A stretch of DNA of 63,565 nt, counting the filler. It is 13 parts of 13 records of this genome, joined end to end, with 100 filler letters (N's around TTAATTAATTAA, not from the genome) between each part and the next. Parts side by side here need not be neighbours in the genome. Positions count along the whole stretch, not along the records: positions 9,345 to 14,558 come from SRR7504441_28990; positions 14,659 to 17,762 come from SRR7504441_29005; positions 17,863 to 22,580 come from SRR7504441_29079; positions 22,681 to 26,918 come from SRR7504441_29296; 9 more parts are not named here. The stretch is one strand, 5' to 3'. Position numbers and translations under genes: made by a program. Below are positions 11,705 to 22,818 of this stretch, piece by piece (the stretch's first letter is position 1; every line of letters begins with the position of its first letter). The notes beneath the pieces were generated by a model that was given only the letters and a program-made list of their open reading frames with translations, was not told the origin of the DNA and ran no database searches.

Positions 11705-14344
11705 ATGTCGCTGTCGATGTTCAGCGCGAGCACTGTGCGAGGGATCGGCGACCGCCGGCACGAGACGGTGCGCGGGATGCCCCGGCTGTGCCGTCCTGAG
11801 CAGCGGGGCCTGCAGCGGTTCGAGGCAGCCCGCGAGATGACAAAGGAGGTCAAGGAGAAGGTCAAACAGATCACAGAGGCCATGAATGAGGCGCGCTCCC
11901 TGCCGCTGCGGCCAGTCGCCAGCGGCTGTGCCAGGGAGAGAGCCAAAAGCTGTACGACAGCATCACAGGCAACATCGACGGGCTGGTGAAGGGTTTCGTG
12001 CAGGCCAGCCCAGCAGCCGCCGGGGCGTAGCTGACTGCCACTGGGCTGCAGACTGATAACAAAAACAAGCGGATGGGCGGGCTCTGTGGTCTAGCAGCCA
12101 CTGCTGTCGGCCTGAACACTGAGGTGTGTGCCGCGGCGGGCTGACTGCGAGCGGCGCGCGGCAGGCCAAGGGCTCCGTGATGGTGGAGCCGTTCCTTCCT
12201 CATCTGATTCCGCCGGTACTTCGCTGCTTCCAGGACCACGACATCAGAGTCCGGTGCTGGGCTGTGCTGGGCTCGGGTTGAGAGTGTTCCGCCAGCTGCT
12301 GCGCTGTCGAGACGCTATATAATATCGCGAAGGTGGCACGTCAGCACACGCTGCCCTTTTTCAACGAAATCTTCCATGCGCTCGGTACCAACTGGGCTGG
12401 TTGGCTGCTGACTTTGGACGGCTAGCGATGCTGTATGCGAACGACGACAAAATGGAGGGCGACAAAATCGAGGTGCTCTGCCGTTTGGGCGAGCATTGAC
12501 GGGGCGGCAGCTGATGAACAACGCCAAGCTAGTGCACCAGCTGATGAAAGACCACGTCTGGCCAGGCTGGCGGCCAGGCCGCTTACAGGGCTATTGGGCA
12601 GGTCACTGCGTATGCCGATACATTCAATGTGCCGGGGTTCATCCCCGTGTTAGCTAGTCTGCTCCGGTCCGAGTTGCCGCAGGTGCGTAACTTCCTGATC
12701 GAGTGGATAAAGGTGGGCCCCGGCCCGGCCGGCGGCGAGCCGCTCCAGGTGCTGCACGACGTGCCAGACATCGACATATTGAGCCACCTGCCTGAGTTCC
12801 TCAAAGGAGTGTTCGACATGCTGGCCGACAAGCGGGACGCCAACCACGAGCTGGCCAACGCGGTGCTCAAGGACATCATAGACGATCTCAAGCTGGAGCT
12901 CGAGTCCGGTGGGGTGGAGCAGCGAACATACTTCCTGCCCAAGTTGATGACCCCACTCAGCCTGCAGCTGCAATCCTCAGTGACGTTCCGGCGGGCCACT
13001 GCGCTCCAGTGGATCGCCGACTTTATCGAGCTCTCACAGGAGTCGATTCTATTCATGGTCGACCAGATCCTTGACGCGTACCTGCCAGCACACTCGGAGG
13101 AGCAGACGATCCTCGAATGGGCTCAGCACATTGATGGGCTCCTCAAGCAGATAATTAAAAAGGCAGACGCCGAGAAGCTCGACTACCCAGCTATTGTGCG
13201 CGTTCTTGTCAGGCACTTGCTCAACGCTGCTGAGGCAGCGCATGAATTCCAGACCAGCCCATGGGTGACCAAGGTAGCTGTGATCAAGTGGATAGATCGA
13301 CTCTTCCTGAAGGACCAGGACGCAATGCGGCAGCAGTCGGCTGTGTTTTTCAGCGTAGTAGTCTCCAACGTAGCCTCCGACCACGAGGAAGTGGCCTGGA
13401 ATGCGCTACAGTTCCTGATAACAATGGCCAAACTGTGCAGCGATGAGTTCTCCCCAGTTCTGCAGGCAGTGGTCGAAGCGTTCCGGATGAACGAAGGTCT
13501 GTGGCCCTTCGAGGCGGTGCTGAGCTCGTTCTGTGCCCAGGGATGCTCGAGCGGCATGGGAACGGGTTCATTCGGCACTTAGGGAAGACGCTCGGCGCGG
13601 AGGCGGTCTATCGAGCGTTTGCTGAGATTGTGGTGTCGATCGATGACATTACGTTCAACCAGAACTTTATACAAGTGATTAACGAGCTGCTGCTCACGGC
13701 GATTGAATTCCGCGAACTTCAGGAGATACTCCGGCAGGGTCTAGACAACACGCACTGCAGAAACCTCTTCAGCGCCCTGTACCCATCTTGGTGCTTCAAT
13801 GCAGTAGCCACTGTGAGCCTCTGCCTGCTCACGTCGGCCTACTCACATTCATCGGAGTTGCTGCGCAAGTTTGGCTCAATCCCAATGAACGTAGACCGAC
13901 TGGTCCAGTTGGATCGGCTGGTGCTGTTACTAGAGTCACCGGCCTTCACCTTCCTGCGGCTGCAGCTGCTTGAGCCCCAGCAGAACCCGGATCTGATCAA
14001 GAGCCTATATGGCATCATGATGCTGCTCCCGCAAACCGATGCTTACACCACGCTCAAGGTACGCTGCCCTGTAGCAAGTTGCGCCAGCTGAGCCCTCTAT
14101 TTGCCAGGGGAGACTCGATTGCCTCAACATCTTGTGCCTGCTCCCAAAGTCACCCAGTGGCTCTGGTGCTGCAAGGAGCGGAGCGGATGTTGACTTCAAG
14201 GCGATGGGCCAGCGGTTTGACGAAGTCCAGCAGCGAGTGACCGAGCACAGTATAGGGCACTCCCCAGGTGTCCGAGCACAACCATCACACTCGTTCGCTT
14301 CGACGGCGAGCAACATAGTTGTCAAAGACGAGCGAGACGACTAA
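11705..14344 (+). CDS. VAC14: VAC14, HEAT-repeat scaffold of the PIKfyve/Fab1 complex, about 11 introns
   Basis: Spliced product has KRMGGLCGLAATAVGL, PVLRCFQDHDIRVR..ETLYNIAKVAR, VPDIDILSHLPEFL, LYPSWCFNAVATVSLCLL, VQLDRLVLLLESPAFTFLRLQLLEP, LIKSLYGIMMLLPQT. Confidence 0.93.
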
Positions 14345-14696
14345 GAGACGGATTAGAGACGGATCACCTCTAGGGCCGGGATCTACCTCTATAGACCTCT
14401 AAGATTAGATAATGATTCATGAATTTGACTCATTTTCAAGCCCTTGGGCCTAGGTCAGGGCTGCCGGCGAGAGTTTTTGACTCTTGCTTGATCTTTAAAA
14501 GCGTGTAAATGCTCCAACGAAGTTCCTATCTGGTAAAATGAAGGAGGCTTGCCAAAGGNNNNNNNNNNNNNNNNNNNNNNNNNNNNNNNNNNNNNNNNNN
14601 NNTTAATTAATTAANNNNNNNNNNNNNNNNNNNNNNNNNNNNNNNNNNNNNNNNNNNNAGTTTGATTGAGATTTGTTGGACAGGAGGCAGCAGCAC

Positions 14697-15584
14697 ATGG
14701 AGCCGCCTGCAGCTGCGCCCGATCCGTGCGAGGAGGAGGAGAACCCGCCGCTGGCTCAGGAGGAGCCAAGCATCTGGTCGTCGCTGCAGAGCTCGTTCCG
14801 CTCGGCCTCCGGCTCGATCAGCGACTCGTGGAAGAGCGGGGCGGACTCGCGGGCCAAGTTGGCCTCCAGCGTCTCCAGTGGGCTGCAGCAGGTCAAGCAG
14901 TCGGCCGCCGGGCTCCGGGCCCGGGGGTTTGGTCGGCGCAGGCCGGGCTGTGCGTTTGGGATCAGGCTGTCCGAGCTCGGGGGGGTCGGCCCGCCCTTCC
15001 TGGAGAGCTGCCGGGATGCGCTGTGCACTCAGATCACCGCTCGCTGCGACCGGCTAATGTTCCGGCCAGGGTCGTCGCAGCAGGCCGGCGAGGCCTGCGC
15101 GGCGGCGGCAGAGCTCCAGATGATGGCGGACGAGGGCGAACATCTGGAGCTCGAGGGAGTGGCTCCGCTGGCCCTGGTGAGCACGGTTGTCTCCTTCCTG
15201 TGGGCGCTACCCGAGCCTTTGCTCCCGGCCGAGCGGCTCCTGGACGCAACCGCGGCTGCCATCTTGGAAGAGGGCAGTCTGTCGGTCGAACGTATGGCGC
15301 TGTTGTGGGGCGAGTTGCGTGCGATTGGCAGACGGGCTGAGGCGAGCTGCGAGCTAACCCCAGGGCGCGAGGCGCAAGAGGAGCAAGTGCTCCTCCAAGT
15401 ACTGCACCAAGTGCTAGCCCCGATCAAGCAGCTGAAGCAGATCGACAACCCGGAGGCGGCGCATGATCTTTGCCTGATTCTGGCACCAGCCATCTTCCAA
15501 CTCGACGCCAAGAGTAACGTTTGCCATGGGCTCATGCTCGTAAACGCAGAGGCAACACTTTTTGTGTTAGCCGAATTAGTCTGA
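14697..15584 (+). CDS. RhoGAP-domain protein (divergent)
   Basis: AFGIRL, arginine-finger-like LMFRPGSS, VSFLWALPEPLL, DLCLILAPAIF. Confidence 0.7.
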   Translation: MEPPAAAPDPCEEEENPPLAQEEPSIWSSLQSSFRSASGSISDSWKSGADSRAKLASSVSSGLQQVKQSAAGLRARGFGRRRPGCAFGIRLSELGGVGPPFLESCRDALCTQITARCDRLMFRPGSSQQAGEACAAAAELQMMADEGEHLELEGVAPLALVSTVVSFLWALPEPLLPAERLLDATAAAILEEGSLSVERMALLWGELRAIGRRAEASCELTPGREAQEEQVLLQVLHQVLAPIKQLKQIDNPEAAHDLCLILAPAIFQLDAKSNVCHGLMLVNAEATLFVLAELV

Positions 15585-15695
15585 TCGTCGTGAGATTCAG
15601 TAGTAACGCAATTTAATAGATTGAAATTATGATAAATACTTGATAGTACCCAAGTCGATTGATCATGAAGCTATCATCTGATGAACGACATGAAG

Positions 15696-17762
15696 CTATG
15701 TGTATCCAGGTATTCCCTCCCAAGCTGGATCTCTTCCCCCATCGGGGTGCTCCGCTATTAGGTTCACAATGTCGGCGTGTCCGCGCTCCCAAGCCAGCAC
15801 GATCGCCGATTGATTCTGATCGGTTTGACGGTTCACATCCACCCCGGAAACCGCCAGCAGCGATTTGACTATATCAGTGTGACCGGCGGCCGCTGCAGAC
15901 ATGAGGGCTGTCCTGCCTGTTCTATAGGCCCAATGATTGACCTCTATACTCGGGGCTTGAAGCAGCGCTTCAACGATGTCCAGATAACCATGCCGCGCGG
16001 CTGCGAGCAACGCGGTCTCTCCCGTGTGGTGCGAGCGCAGGTTTACTTGCACGCCAGCTGCCGACACAAGGGCGTTTGCCACATCCGTATATCCATGCAT
16101 GGCGGCTAATAGCAACGGGCTGTCGCCAGCAAGCGTCTGAGCGTTTAGTAGCTCGGTATCGCCGCCGGCTACCAGCTGCCGGACAATCTCGATGTATCCT
16201 AGCCGTGCGGCTGTGGTCAAAGCGGTATCCCCAGTCATGCTGCTCCGAGCAGAGACCACCTCCGACCAACTCGCGAGGTCGGTCCTTGACGGAGTGAACC
16301 TGAGACACGAGCTCTCATCGAGGCAGAGCCGGCCGAAGCACCGGTCGCAGGGGTGCTGGAAGTTGAACTGGGTCAGATTCCAAAATGGGCCTCGGTTGAA
16401 AACCGAATCTACTCGGGGCAGACAGGGCTCGCACTCGCGATTGTCTGGGGCGTGCCTGCCGCACTGTCTGAGGCAACAGCAGGCTGGGCTTGGTCACCAG
16501 CCATCGGAGCAGACCAGCTGACTGGCATTGGCCGGACCGGGGGCAGTGAGCGAGTGGCTGCTCCAGGAGCTGTTCCATGGCGGGCTGCGGCAGGTGGGTT
16601 GTCCTGACAGCAGTCAGTTCAGCTGCAGCCTGGCGGGGGTGTCCACCAGGGTAGCAGTGGGTGCAAGTATTTGAGTGAATATCAGCGTGCTTCCCACTGC
16701 AAGCACACACCCCTTCAGCCACAGTCAGTCGATGCATTACCTTGGACATGTCAGACAGGCCGTCTGTCCCGGTGCTTCGGCGTAGGAACCTGTACAGCAG
16801 TCAACAGCATCACCGCTGATCATGTGGTACCTGCTGGGCAGGGCGAGCAGTGTGCACTCGAGCTCGAGGCGGAGAACCAGCCAGGGGCACAAAGAGCACA
16901 CGCAGTAGATCCCATTTCAGAGGCGTATCTCCCAGCCACACATTCGTCGCAGTGCGTGGCAAGCCCGTTCTCTTGGAAACGGCCTGTGCATTGGCAGTTA
17001 GGCTAGCTACTGGGGATGCAGGACCTCGAGGACACGACTGACACTTGGCCTCTCCATCGACATCACTGAAGCTTCCTGGGCTGCAAGCCCCGCAGGCAGC
17101 TTGTCCAAAGTCCTCGTTGGCGCGACCAGCCGGGCAATACAGACAGCCTTCAGTCCTGAGCATGGGCGTGAATCGGCCTGGAGCACATCTGGTGCAAACA
17201 GTGTTCCCCAAGGCGGGGCCACTGAAGCGACCAACCGAGCACGGCTCGCAATATTCCATTCCCTTGTACCTGGTATACCTCCCACCTGGACACGCAGTGC
17301 ACCGCGACTCTCGCGCCACAGGTGCATATTTTCCAGCTTCGCAAGACTCACACGTCGTGCTTGCGTCCGAAGCCGCGTACTGCCCTGGTTCACATTCAGT
17401 GCAAGCTGTGGATCCTGGACCGGAGAAGCTCCCAGCAGTGCACTCGGCGCATGCTGTGGCATTCTGTCTGCTCGCCCAGCGGCCAGCAGCGCACGGGCGA
17501 CAGGCGAAGCTCCCAGCGGTTGACCATCGCCCTGGGAGGCAAGCGCGACACGGCGCCTCCCACAACTCAGCAGTATCCAACCCTGAGCCAAACCCTGTCC
17601 GCCCTGTTGCGTCCAGGAAGCGGCCTGCAGCACATGCAGTGCAGCCAGGTAATCCTGCGCGGTCGGCATACTCGCCCTTGGAGCAGTCCGTGCAGCTGGT
17701 AGCCGCCAGCCGATCGGTATACTTGCCAGGCGGGCAGTCGGTACATTCCTCGGCTCCGGCTC
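15696..17762 (-). CDS. Cys-rich (ephrin-receptor-like/GCC2-GCC3-type) repeats continuing into ankyrin repeats; 5' truncated
   Basis: Many C-x2-C-x2-G-x-[YF] units at 16750-17760. The frame from about 16470 (QCGRHAPDNRECEPC..) runs without a stop into GDTALTTAARLGY, GDSPLLLAAMHGY, GETALLAAARHGY, GRTALMSAAAAGH. Confidence 0.75.
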
Positions 17763-17993
17763 NNNNNNNNNNNNNNNNNNNNNNNNNNNNNNNNNNNNNN
17801 NNNNNNTTAATTAATTAANNNNNNNNNNNNNNNNNNNNNNNNNNNNNNNNNNNNNNNNNNNNTCAAAGAGCTTTACTTGCACGTCTCCCTCAATTTCATA
17901 AGATACAAGAAACCCTACAAGAAAAAGACCAAATAAAACTTGTTACGTGACCGTATAAATACGAGGAATCATACATAACCGTATGTACTAACA

Positions 17994-19073
17994 CTATTTA
18001 GTACATGTAAGTGCGACCAACAAGGCGAGCGTAGACACCAATGCAACTCCGGCAAAGATGTGAGTCAAGTAGAAATCGTCGTGCAAGAACCAGGGCACCA
18101 CATGTGAGTTATTGAGAAGCTGCGCGGCAACCAACCTCTTAGATTGCATCTGGATTGGGTCTAGACCAATTTTTGTATATACAAGCGGGAGGCCTCCAGC
18201 GAGCGGAACCAGATACCACATTGCCAGTTGATTTAAGAGCGACAACCAGGGAGGCAAATCATCCCTGACGATGTCCAGAAACAGCACCACTCGCCGGGCC
18301 TCTGGAGCATGATTCACGGCGAAATGAGGAAAGTTGTCGTCAAACAAGACGTCCTCGCCCTCCCACCAGGGCAGTAGGTCTATACAGGAGAGCGAGCCAG
18401 CCCCGTGTATGCCCCGGGCCGGTGTGGGCCAGCCTGGGTTGTACGTGCCCACAGCTATAAAAGCATTGCCCGAGCTGCCAACCTCCGGCATTCCGGGGTG
18501 TACCTGGGCTGCCTGCCACTGCCCATCCAGGACGGAATCCAGGTTGCGTTCGATGTGGAGCCGGGCGGCCTCTGACGGCCCCGAGGGCACCTCCAGGCCT
18601 AGATGATACCGTAGGGTGCCCTTGGACTCTCCAACATGCCACTTCAGGCTCGAATTGGGCTGCAGCACCGAGAACCAGGCCGAATGGACCGGCTTGCCCC
18701 ATCCGAGCACCAGACTGGCGGTCACCGGGAACTGGCGGGCCATGTACGAGTCCACTAGACCGAGGTGACTGATCAGCAGCTGCCCCCAGCCCCGGTGCCC
18801 GTTCCAGTGCCGCTGCGGCTGCAGGCGGCTGGACTCAAACTGAACCAGCTCGTCCCGGACCGACCGCCAGTTTTGTCGGAGCGCGGCGGCCCACGCGAGC
18901 TCGTCTGTGGAGAAGACCGACTGCCGGCTGCGCTGGCCGTGCCGCCAGAAGGCCTGGTTCCACGGGCTCATTTGTCCGCCTCGGGTGAGACCAGCCAGGC
19001 ACCGCCGAGGCGACGGCCCGAGCAGTACGGCTGCCATCCCGACCACCGCCACCGCAAGCGCACCCCTCAACAT
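17994..19073 (-). CDS. Aspartyl/asparaginyl beta-hydroxylase-family (LpxO-like) 2OG-Fe dioxygenase, intronless
   Basis: WFSVLQPNSSLKWHVGESKGTLRYHLGL, WEGEDVLFDDNFPHFAVN, RVVLFLDIVR; hydrophobic N- and C-termini. Confidence 0.88.
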   Translation of the reverse strand: MLRGALAVAVVGMAAVLLGPSPRRCLAGLTRGGQMSPWNQAFWRHGQRSRQSVFSTDELAWAAALRQNWRSVRDELVQFESSRLQPQRHWNGHRGWGQLLISHLGLVDSYMARQFPVTASLVLGWGKPVHSAWFSVLQPNSSLKWHVGESKGTLRYHLGLEVPSGPSEAARLHIERNLDSVLDGQWQAAQVHPGMPEVGSSGNAFIAVGTYNPGWPTPARGIHGAGSLSCIDLLPWWEGEDVLFDDNFPHFAVNHAPEARRVVLFLDIVRDDLPPWLSLLNQLAMWYLVPLAGGLPLVYTKIGLDPIQMQSKRLVAAQLLNNSHVVPWFLHDDFYLTHIFAGVALVSTLALLVALTCTK

Positions 19074-19136
19074 GGTCGCTGCCGGCGCTGGACAGCCCAA
19101 CCGCTGCCCGTTGCGGTCACCGTCTTTTCCGGCCGG

Positions 19137-20021
19137 ATGCGCGGGCTCCCGCGGGCTGCGCTTGTGTGGCTGCTGGGTCTGCTGGCGGTGGGCTGCCTGC
19201 TCGCGTGTCGGATCCTCCTCTTCCGGCCGAGCAACACTGCCCCGAGCCAGCCGACCGCCTGGGCAGAGCACCTGCTGGGCACCGTGAAATGGCCTGGGAA
19301 TCCTCTTACCGCCGGCCCACCGGTGGGCACCCCGCAGGACAGCCTGCACTATGTGGATGTCGGCTCGGCCTTCATCAACTCCTCGCTGCTCGCGTTCGTG
19401 AGCTCATACCCGCGCGGGCCCGAGTTCGCCTACCACCTGATTGAGCCCAACCCACGCACAGTCCAACTCTACCGGAGCGAGCTCGATCAGCTCCGGGTGC
19501 CTCCAGCCCAGGTCGAGATCCAGCAAGCCGCGGCCTGGCGCGCCGATAACCAGCGACTCAAAAGCGATGGCCTCGGCCTCGCCAACGCCGCGCTGTCGCC
19601 TGCGCTCCAGGCGCTGGGCAGCGGGAAGTTGAGGATGCTTGCCAAGCGCATACTGGAGGCACACCCGACTTGGGCAGGATGCAGCGTTGAGTCGGACTGC
19701 AGCGGATGGGAGGCAGCCACAATCGACTTGGCGCGATGGCTTAAGAGCAAGTTTCACGCGAGGGATTGGGTCGTGCTCAAGCTCGATATTGAGGGGGGCG
19801 AGTGGACGGTGCTGCCGCATCTGCTGGAGAGCGAGGGTGCCGCCGCTCTGATTGACGAGTTGTACATAGAGTGGCACCCTGACGACAAAGGGACCCAGTT
19901 GCACGGCAGGAAGGCTTTTATCGGTGGCAGGGATCTGTTTGGCCGGCGCGAAGCGGATATTGCCCCGCTCGTCCAGCGCCTCAAGGAAGCTGGTATCAAA
20001 CTAGTTGGTCGCTGGCCATAG
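19137..20021 (+). CDS. FkbM-family SAM methyltransferase with N-terminal membrane anchor, intronless
   Basis: YVDVGSA, LIEPNP, QAAAW, TIDLARWL, VLKLDIEGGEWTVLPHLL, LIDELYIEWH. Confidence 0.85.
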   Translation: MRGLPRAALVWLLGLLAVGCLLACRILLFRPSNTAPSQPTAWAEHLLGTVKWPGNPLTAGPPVGTPQDSLHYVDVGSAFINSSLLAFVSSYPRGPEFAYHLIEPNPRTVQLYRSELDQLRVPPAQVEIQQAAAWRADNQRLKSDGLGLANAALSPALQALGSGKLRMLAKRILEAHPTWAGCSVESDCSGWEAATIDLARWLKSKFHARDWVVLKLDIEGGEWTVLPHLLESEGAAALIDELYIEWHPDDKGTQLHGRKAFIGGRDLFGRREADIAPLVQRLKEAGIKLVGRWP

Positions 20022-20394
20022 CGATTTGGTTCATCAGTTTATCAAAACGTTAAAATTCCAGTAGATCTAGAAGAGGCGGCGCCGGCGGACGACACGGACG
20101 ACTAAGCTTACATACTAGTACCGGCATGGGTACCGGTACATAACTCGTATAAGGGGAGCAGTTGGTGAGGCCCGTGAGGCCAAGAGTGTCGGGATACCCT
20201 TGTCTTGGTCTTCCTCTGCGCGCAAGCGATGGCCACGCACTAACCGCGCACCGACTTTCCGCCGCTCAGATGGTACTGTAGTTACTCGTACGAGTAAGTA
20301 GGAGTCGATCAAGGCTAAGCTGACATCCACGAGATTGGTTTGTAATGACTTCACTCCTTCGCTACCAGTACAGTAAGTATACTTCTAGGCGTTC

Positions 20395-21299
20395 ATGAGC
20401 TTGATCTTCTTACTCGTACATGTAAGGTGCTCTTCGCGTCCGAGGCACCAAAGCTGGTGGCTGTGCACACGCTTGGATTTCGCACTTCCCACCCACACCT
20501 AGACGCTGCACTTCCCACCCACGGAATCGCCGAGTTCTTGAACTTCGGAGTCTCCACGGCTCGCACGATCTTGAAGAAAGAGATCCACTTCCTGAGCCTC
20601 CGAAGTAGATTCCTGTACCTTCAGACTTTCGGGTAAGTCGTCGTGCAAGCTTGTGATGCTGTTGACAACCAAATTGAAATTGCCTTTGTTGCATCGAGCA
20701 TTTGGGTACTCGCTTTGATCGAATGAACCCTTAGTGTCCAGCAGATGGTTTCGATACTTGCAAGCGTTAAACTTCGACACAAGTTTTCCAGCGCTTTCCG
20801 AAGCTTGACCGAACCACTTAAGAAGGTCTGAAAGCACACCGGCCCTATCAGCCCACCCGCCGGGAATCTAGAGCTTACTGGCATGGTCTCTGGCCTTCTT
20901 CGAGATCAGGTCAGCGTAGGTCCTGGCTTTGTTGAGGTGGTCCACCACGAAGTCCACGTCGCTTTGAAAATCCAACATGACGCAGCTTTTGGTGCGGCGG
21001 TCTGCTCCGGTGCGCGTATCTGTTCCGGTTGCTTGGTTGGCGCAAGCCTCGTAGTGTTCTTTCATCTTGGCGAGCCTGTCGCCCTCCTTCAAGCTGGAAG
21101 AGGGGGGCGGCACCTGGCGTCGACGCATTCCAGGCAATACCTCTCCCTCGCGAGGGTGGTCTCGGTGACAGAAGGTGTTGTTTCGAGAGTCGTGGTGGTC
21201 AAGCCCAGCGCTAGTCCGGCCGCTGCCACGAGAAGAGCCGCCCGAACGCCTCTCATGGTAATCAATGCCGCTTGGATTTCGACCTCGCTTCAAGTCCAA
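20395..21299 (-). pseudogene. Interrupted ORF, possibly a degenerate LTR-retrotransposon gag-like remnant or an orphan gene
   Basis: ORFs 20868-21299 and 20499-20837 share a frame separated by TAG; after a 1-nt shift the text continues YRNLLRRLRKWISFFKIVRAVE; helical pattern weakly resembles copia Gag; lower GC than neighbours. Confidence 0.3.
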
Positions 21300-21355
21300 C
21301 AGACTGTATTATTATTATTACCTGGAACGGCATACCTGTTGGGTGTGCGTTGGTG

Positions 21356-22546
21356 ATGGACACTGCGGCGGGTGAGAGGTTCGTGTGCGTCCCGGGCTGG
21401 GGGCCGATCCACCTGGCCGCCTGGCCCGGGCAGAGCCCGCTGCTGCTCATCTGCGCCGGACTCGCCGCAGCCGGTGCTGGCCTGATCCTTCTGGTCGGGA
21501 TGCTGGTTGGGCTCGGCCGGGGAGGCCGGCGCACGCTGCTGGCCGCGGCAGCTGTGGTCTTAGGCCATCCGCTCGCTCTGGCCGGGCTGCGGCTGGGGTT
21601 GGGCAGTCTGATGGCCCGGCGGATATCCCCGAACCTGTCTGTGGAGACGCTGGCGGCTTCCATCCGGCAGTTAAGCCGGCGCACAGCTGCCCCGCACCTC
21701 CACCGCCAGGGCCGGCTGCCGCAGTCCGGCGAGCTGATCTCTGATAATGAGCGGCAGTCGGTGCTGCGCTCAATCGCGCGCAGTGCGGCTAACTGGACGC
21801 TAGACACGCGGTGGATGGGCACGCCCACCTTCTACTATGGCCCCAAATTCCAGACGCACTTCCGGAACGGCAGGCGCGAGCCCTTCGAGCAGTACAGCGC
21901 GCTAGTGAGCCAGTCGATGGTGCAGGATTTCGGCTGGCTGTACCAACGAGTCGCCAGCGCGCTCTCGGTGCACCTTGAAGCTCCAGTGGAGCTTGACCAG
22001 GGTGCGCTGCCCTTCTCTGTGCACATGCCGAGCCTGGTGCACGAGCTAACAGACGGGGTGATCCACCGGGATGTGTGGAATAAGGGCTCGCCTCGAGACG
22101 AGCAACTGCGAGCGCTCGGGTGCGACCGTTTCCGCCAGTGGGCCGTGCTGCTGCCGATCCAGCAGCCACGGGGCCGCCGCAGCATGTCAATGCACCACTA
22201 TTCGTACAGCAACGATACCGCGGTGTGTCCGGACGAGCCGATACCAGCCAAGGCGGATTGTGTGAACCATTGGACTCACTTTTATCGCGTGGGTCATGCA
22301 ACTTTCATGCCCGGCGTTTCGTTTCGGATGCACCGCATCGGGGGCTGGCACCACACAGCAAGCTGTGCCGAGGGCCTTGCGGCGCAGCGAGAGCCGAACG
22401 GGCCAGTTGAGCTACACGCAGACGCAAGGGTGATGCTGGTAGGTTTCGTAGTGCCTTGTGAACCCCCGCAAAGCTCGACGAATAATACTAATGACATACA
22501 TGTAGGAATGGATAAGCGCGTGTATCGCTTAGTGGGTTACTCTTAA
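21356..22546 (+). CDS. Putative 2OG-Fe(II) oxygenase-like protein with N-terminal TM segments, intronless
   Basis: Candidate facial triad IHRD..MHRIG plus distal RVML; FGWLYQRVASAL resembles uncharacterised microbial oxygenases. Confidence 0.55.
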   Translation: MDTAAGERFVCVPGWGPIHLAAWPGQSPLLLICAGLAAAGAGLILLVGMLVGLGRGGRRTLLAAAAVVLGHPLALAGLRLGLGSLMARRISPNLSVETLAASIRQLSRRTAAPHLHRQGRLPQSGELISDNERQSVLRSIARSAANWTLDTRWMGTPTFYYGPKFQTHFRNGRREPFEQYSALVSQSMVQDFGWLYQRVASALSVHLEAPVELDQGALPFSVHMPSLVHELTDGVIHRDVWNKGSPRDEQLRALGCDRFRQWAVLLPIQQPRGRRSMSMHHYSYSNDTAVCPDEPIPAKADCVNHWTHFYRVGHATFMPGVSFRMHRIGGWHHTASCAEGLAAQREPNGPVELHADARVMLVGFVVPCEPPQSSTNNTNDIHVGMDKRVYRLVGYS

Positions 22547-22818
22547 TTAATTAAGAGAAAAATCCGGACCACCACTGTATNNNNNNNNNNNNNNNNNNNN
22601 NNNNNNNNNNNNNNNNNNNNNNNNTTAATTAATTAANNNNNNNNNNNNNNNNNNNNNNNNNNNNNNNNNNNNNNNNNNNNAGGATCTGTCCGTTGGCTAT
22701 GTGGCAATCCACGGGTGTATCTAGTAGTATTCTAGCACTAAGTCTTCCACCCGCGCCGCGAGCACTTTCCGAGGTTGCAACATTATCTAGATCTAACGGC
22801 AAATCCCAATTTGAGCCG

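Noticed and set aside
11704-11707. Overlapping divergent start codons (CATG) for VAC14 and ORF 10348-11946
   Set aside because: The minus-strand gene more plausibly starts at 11573; the longer ORF looks like GC-rich read-through.
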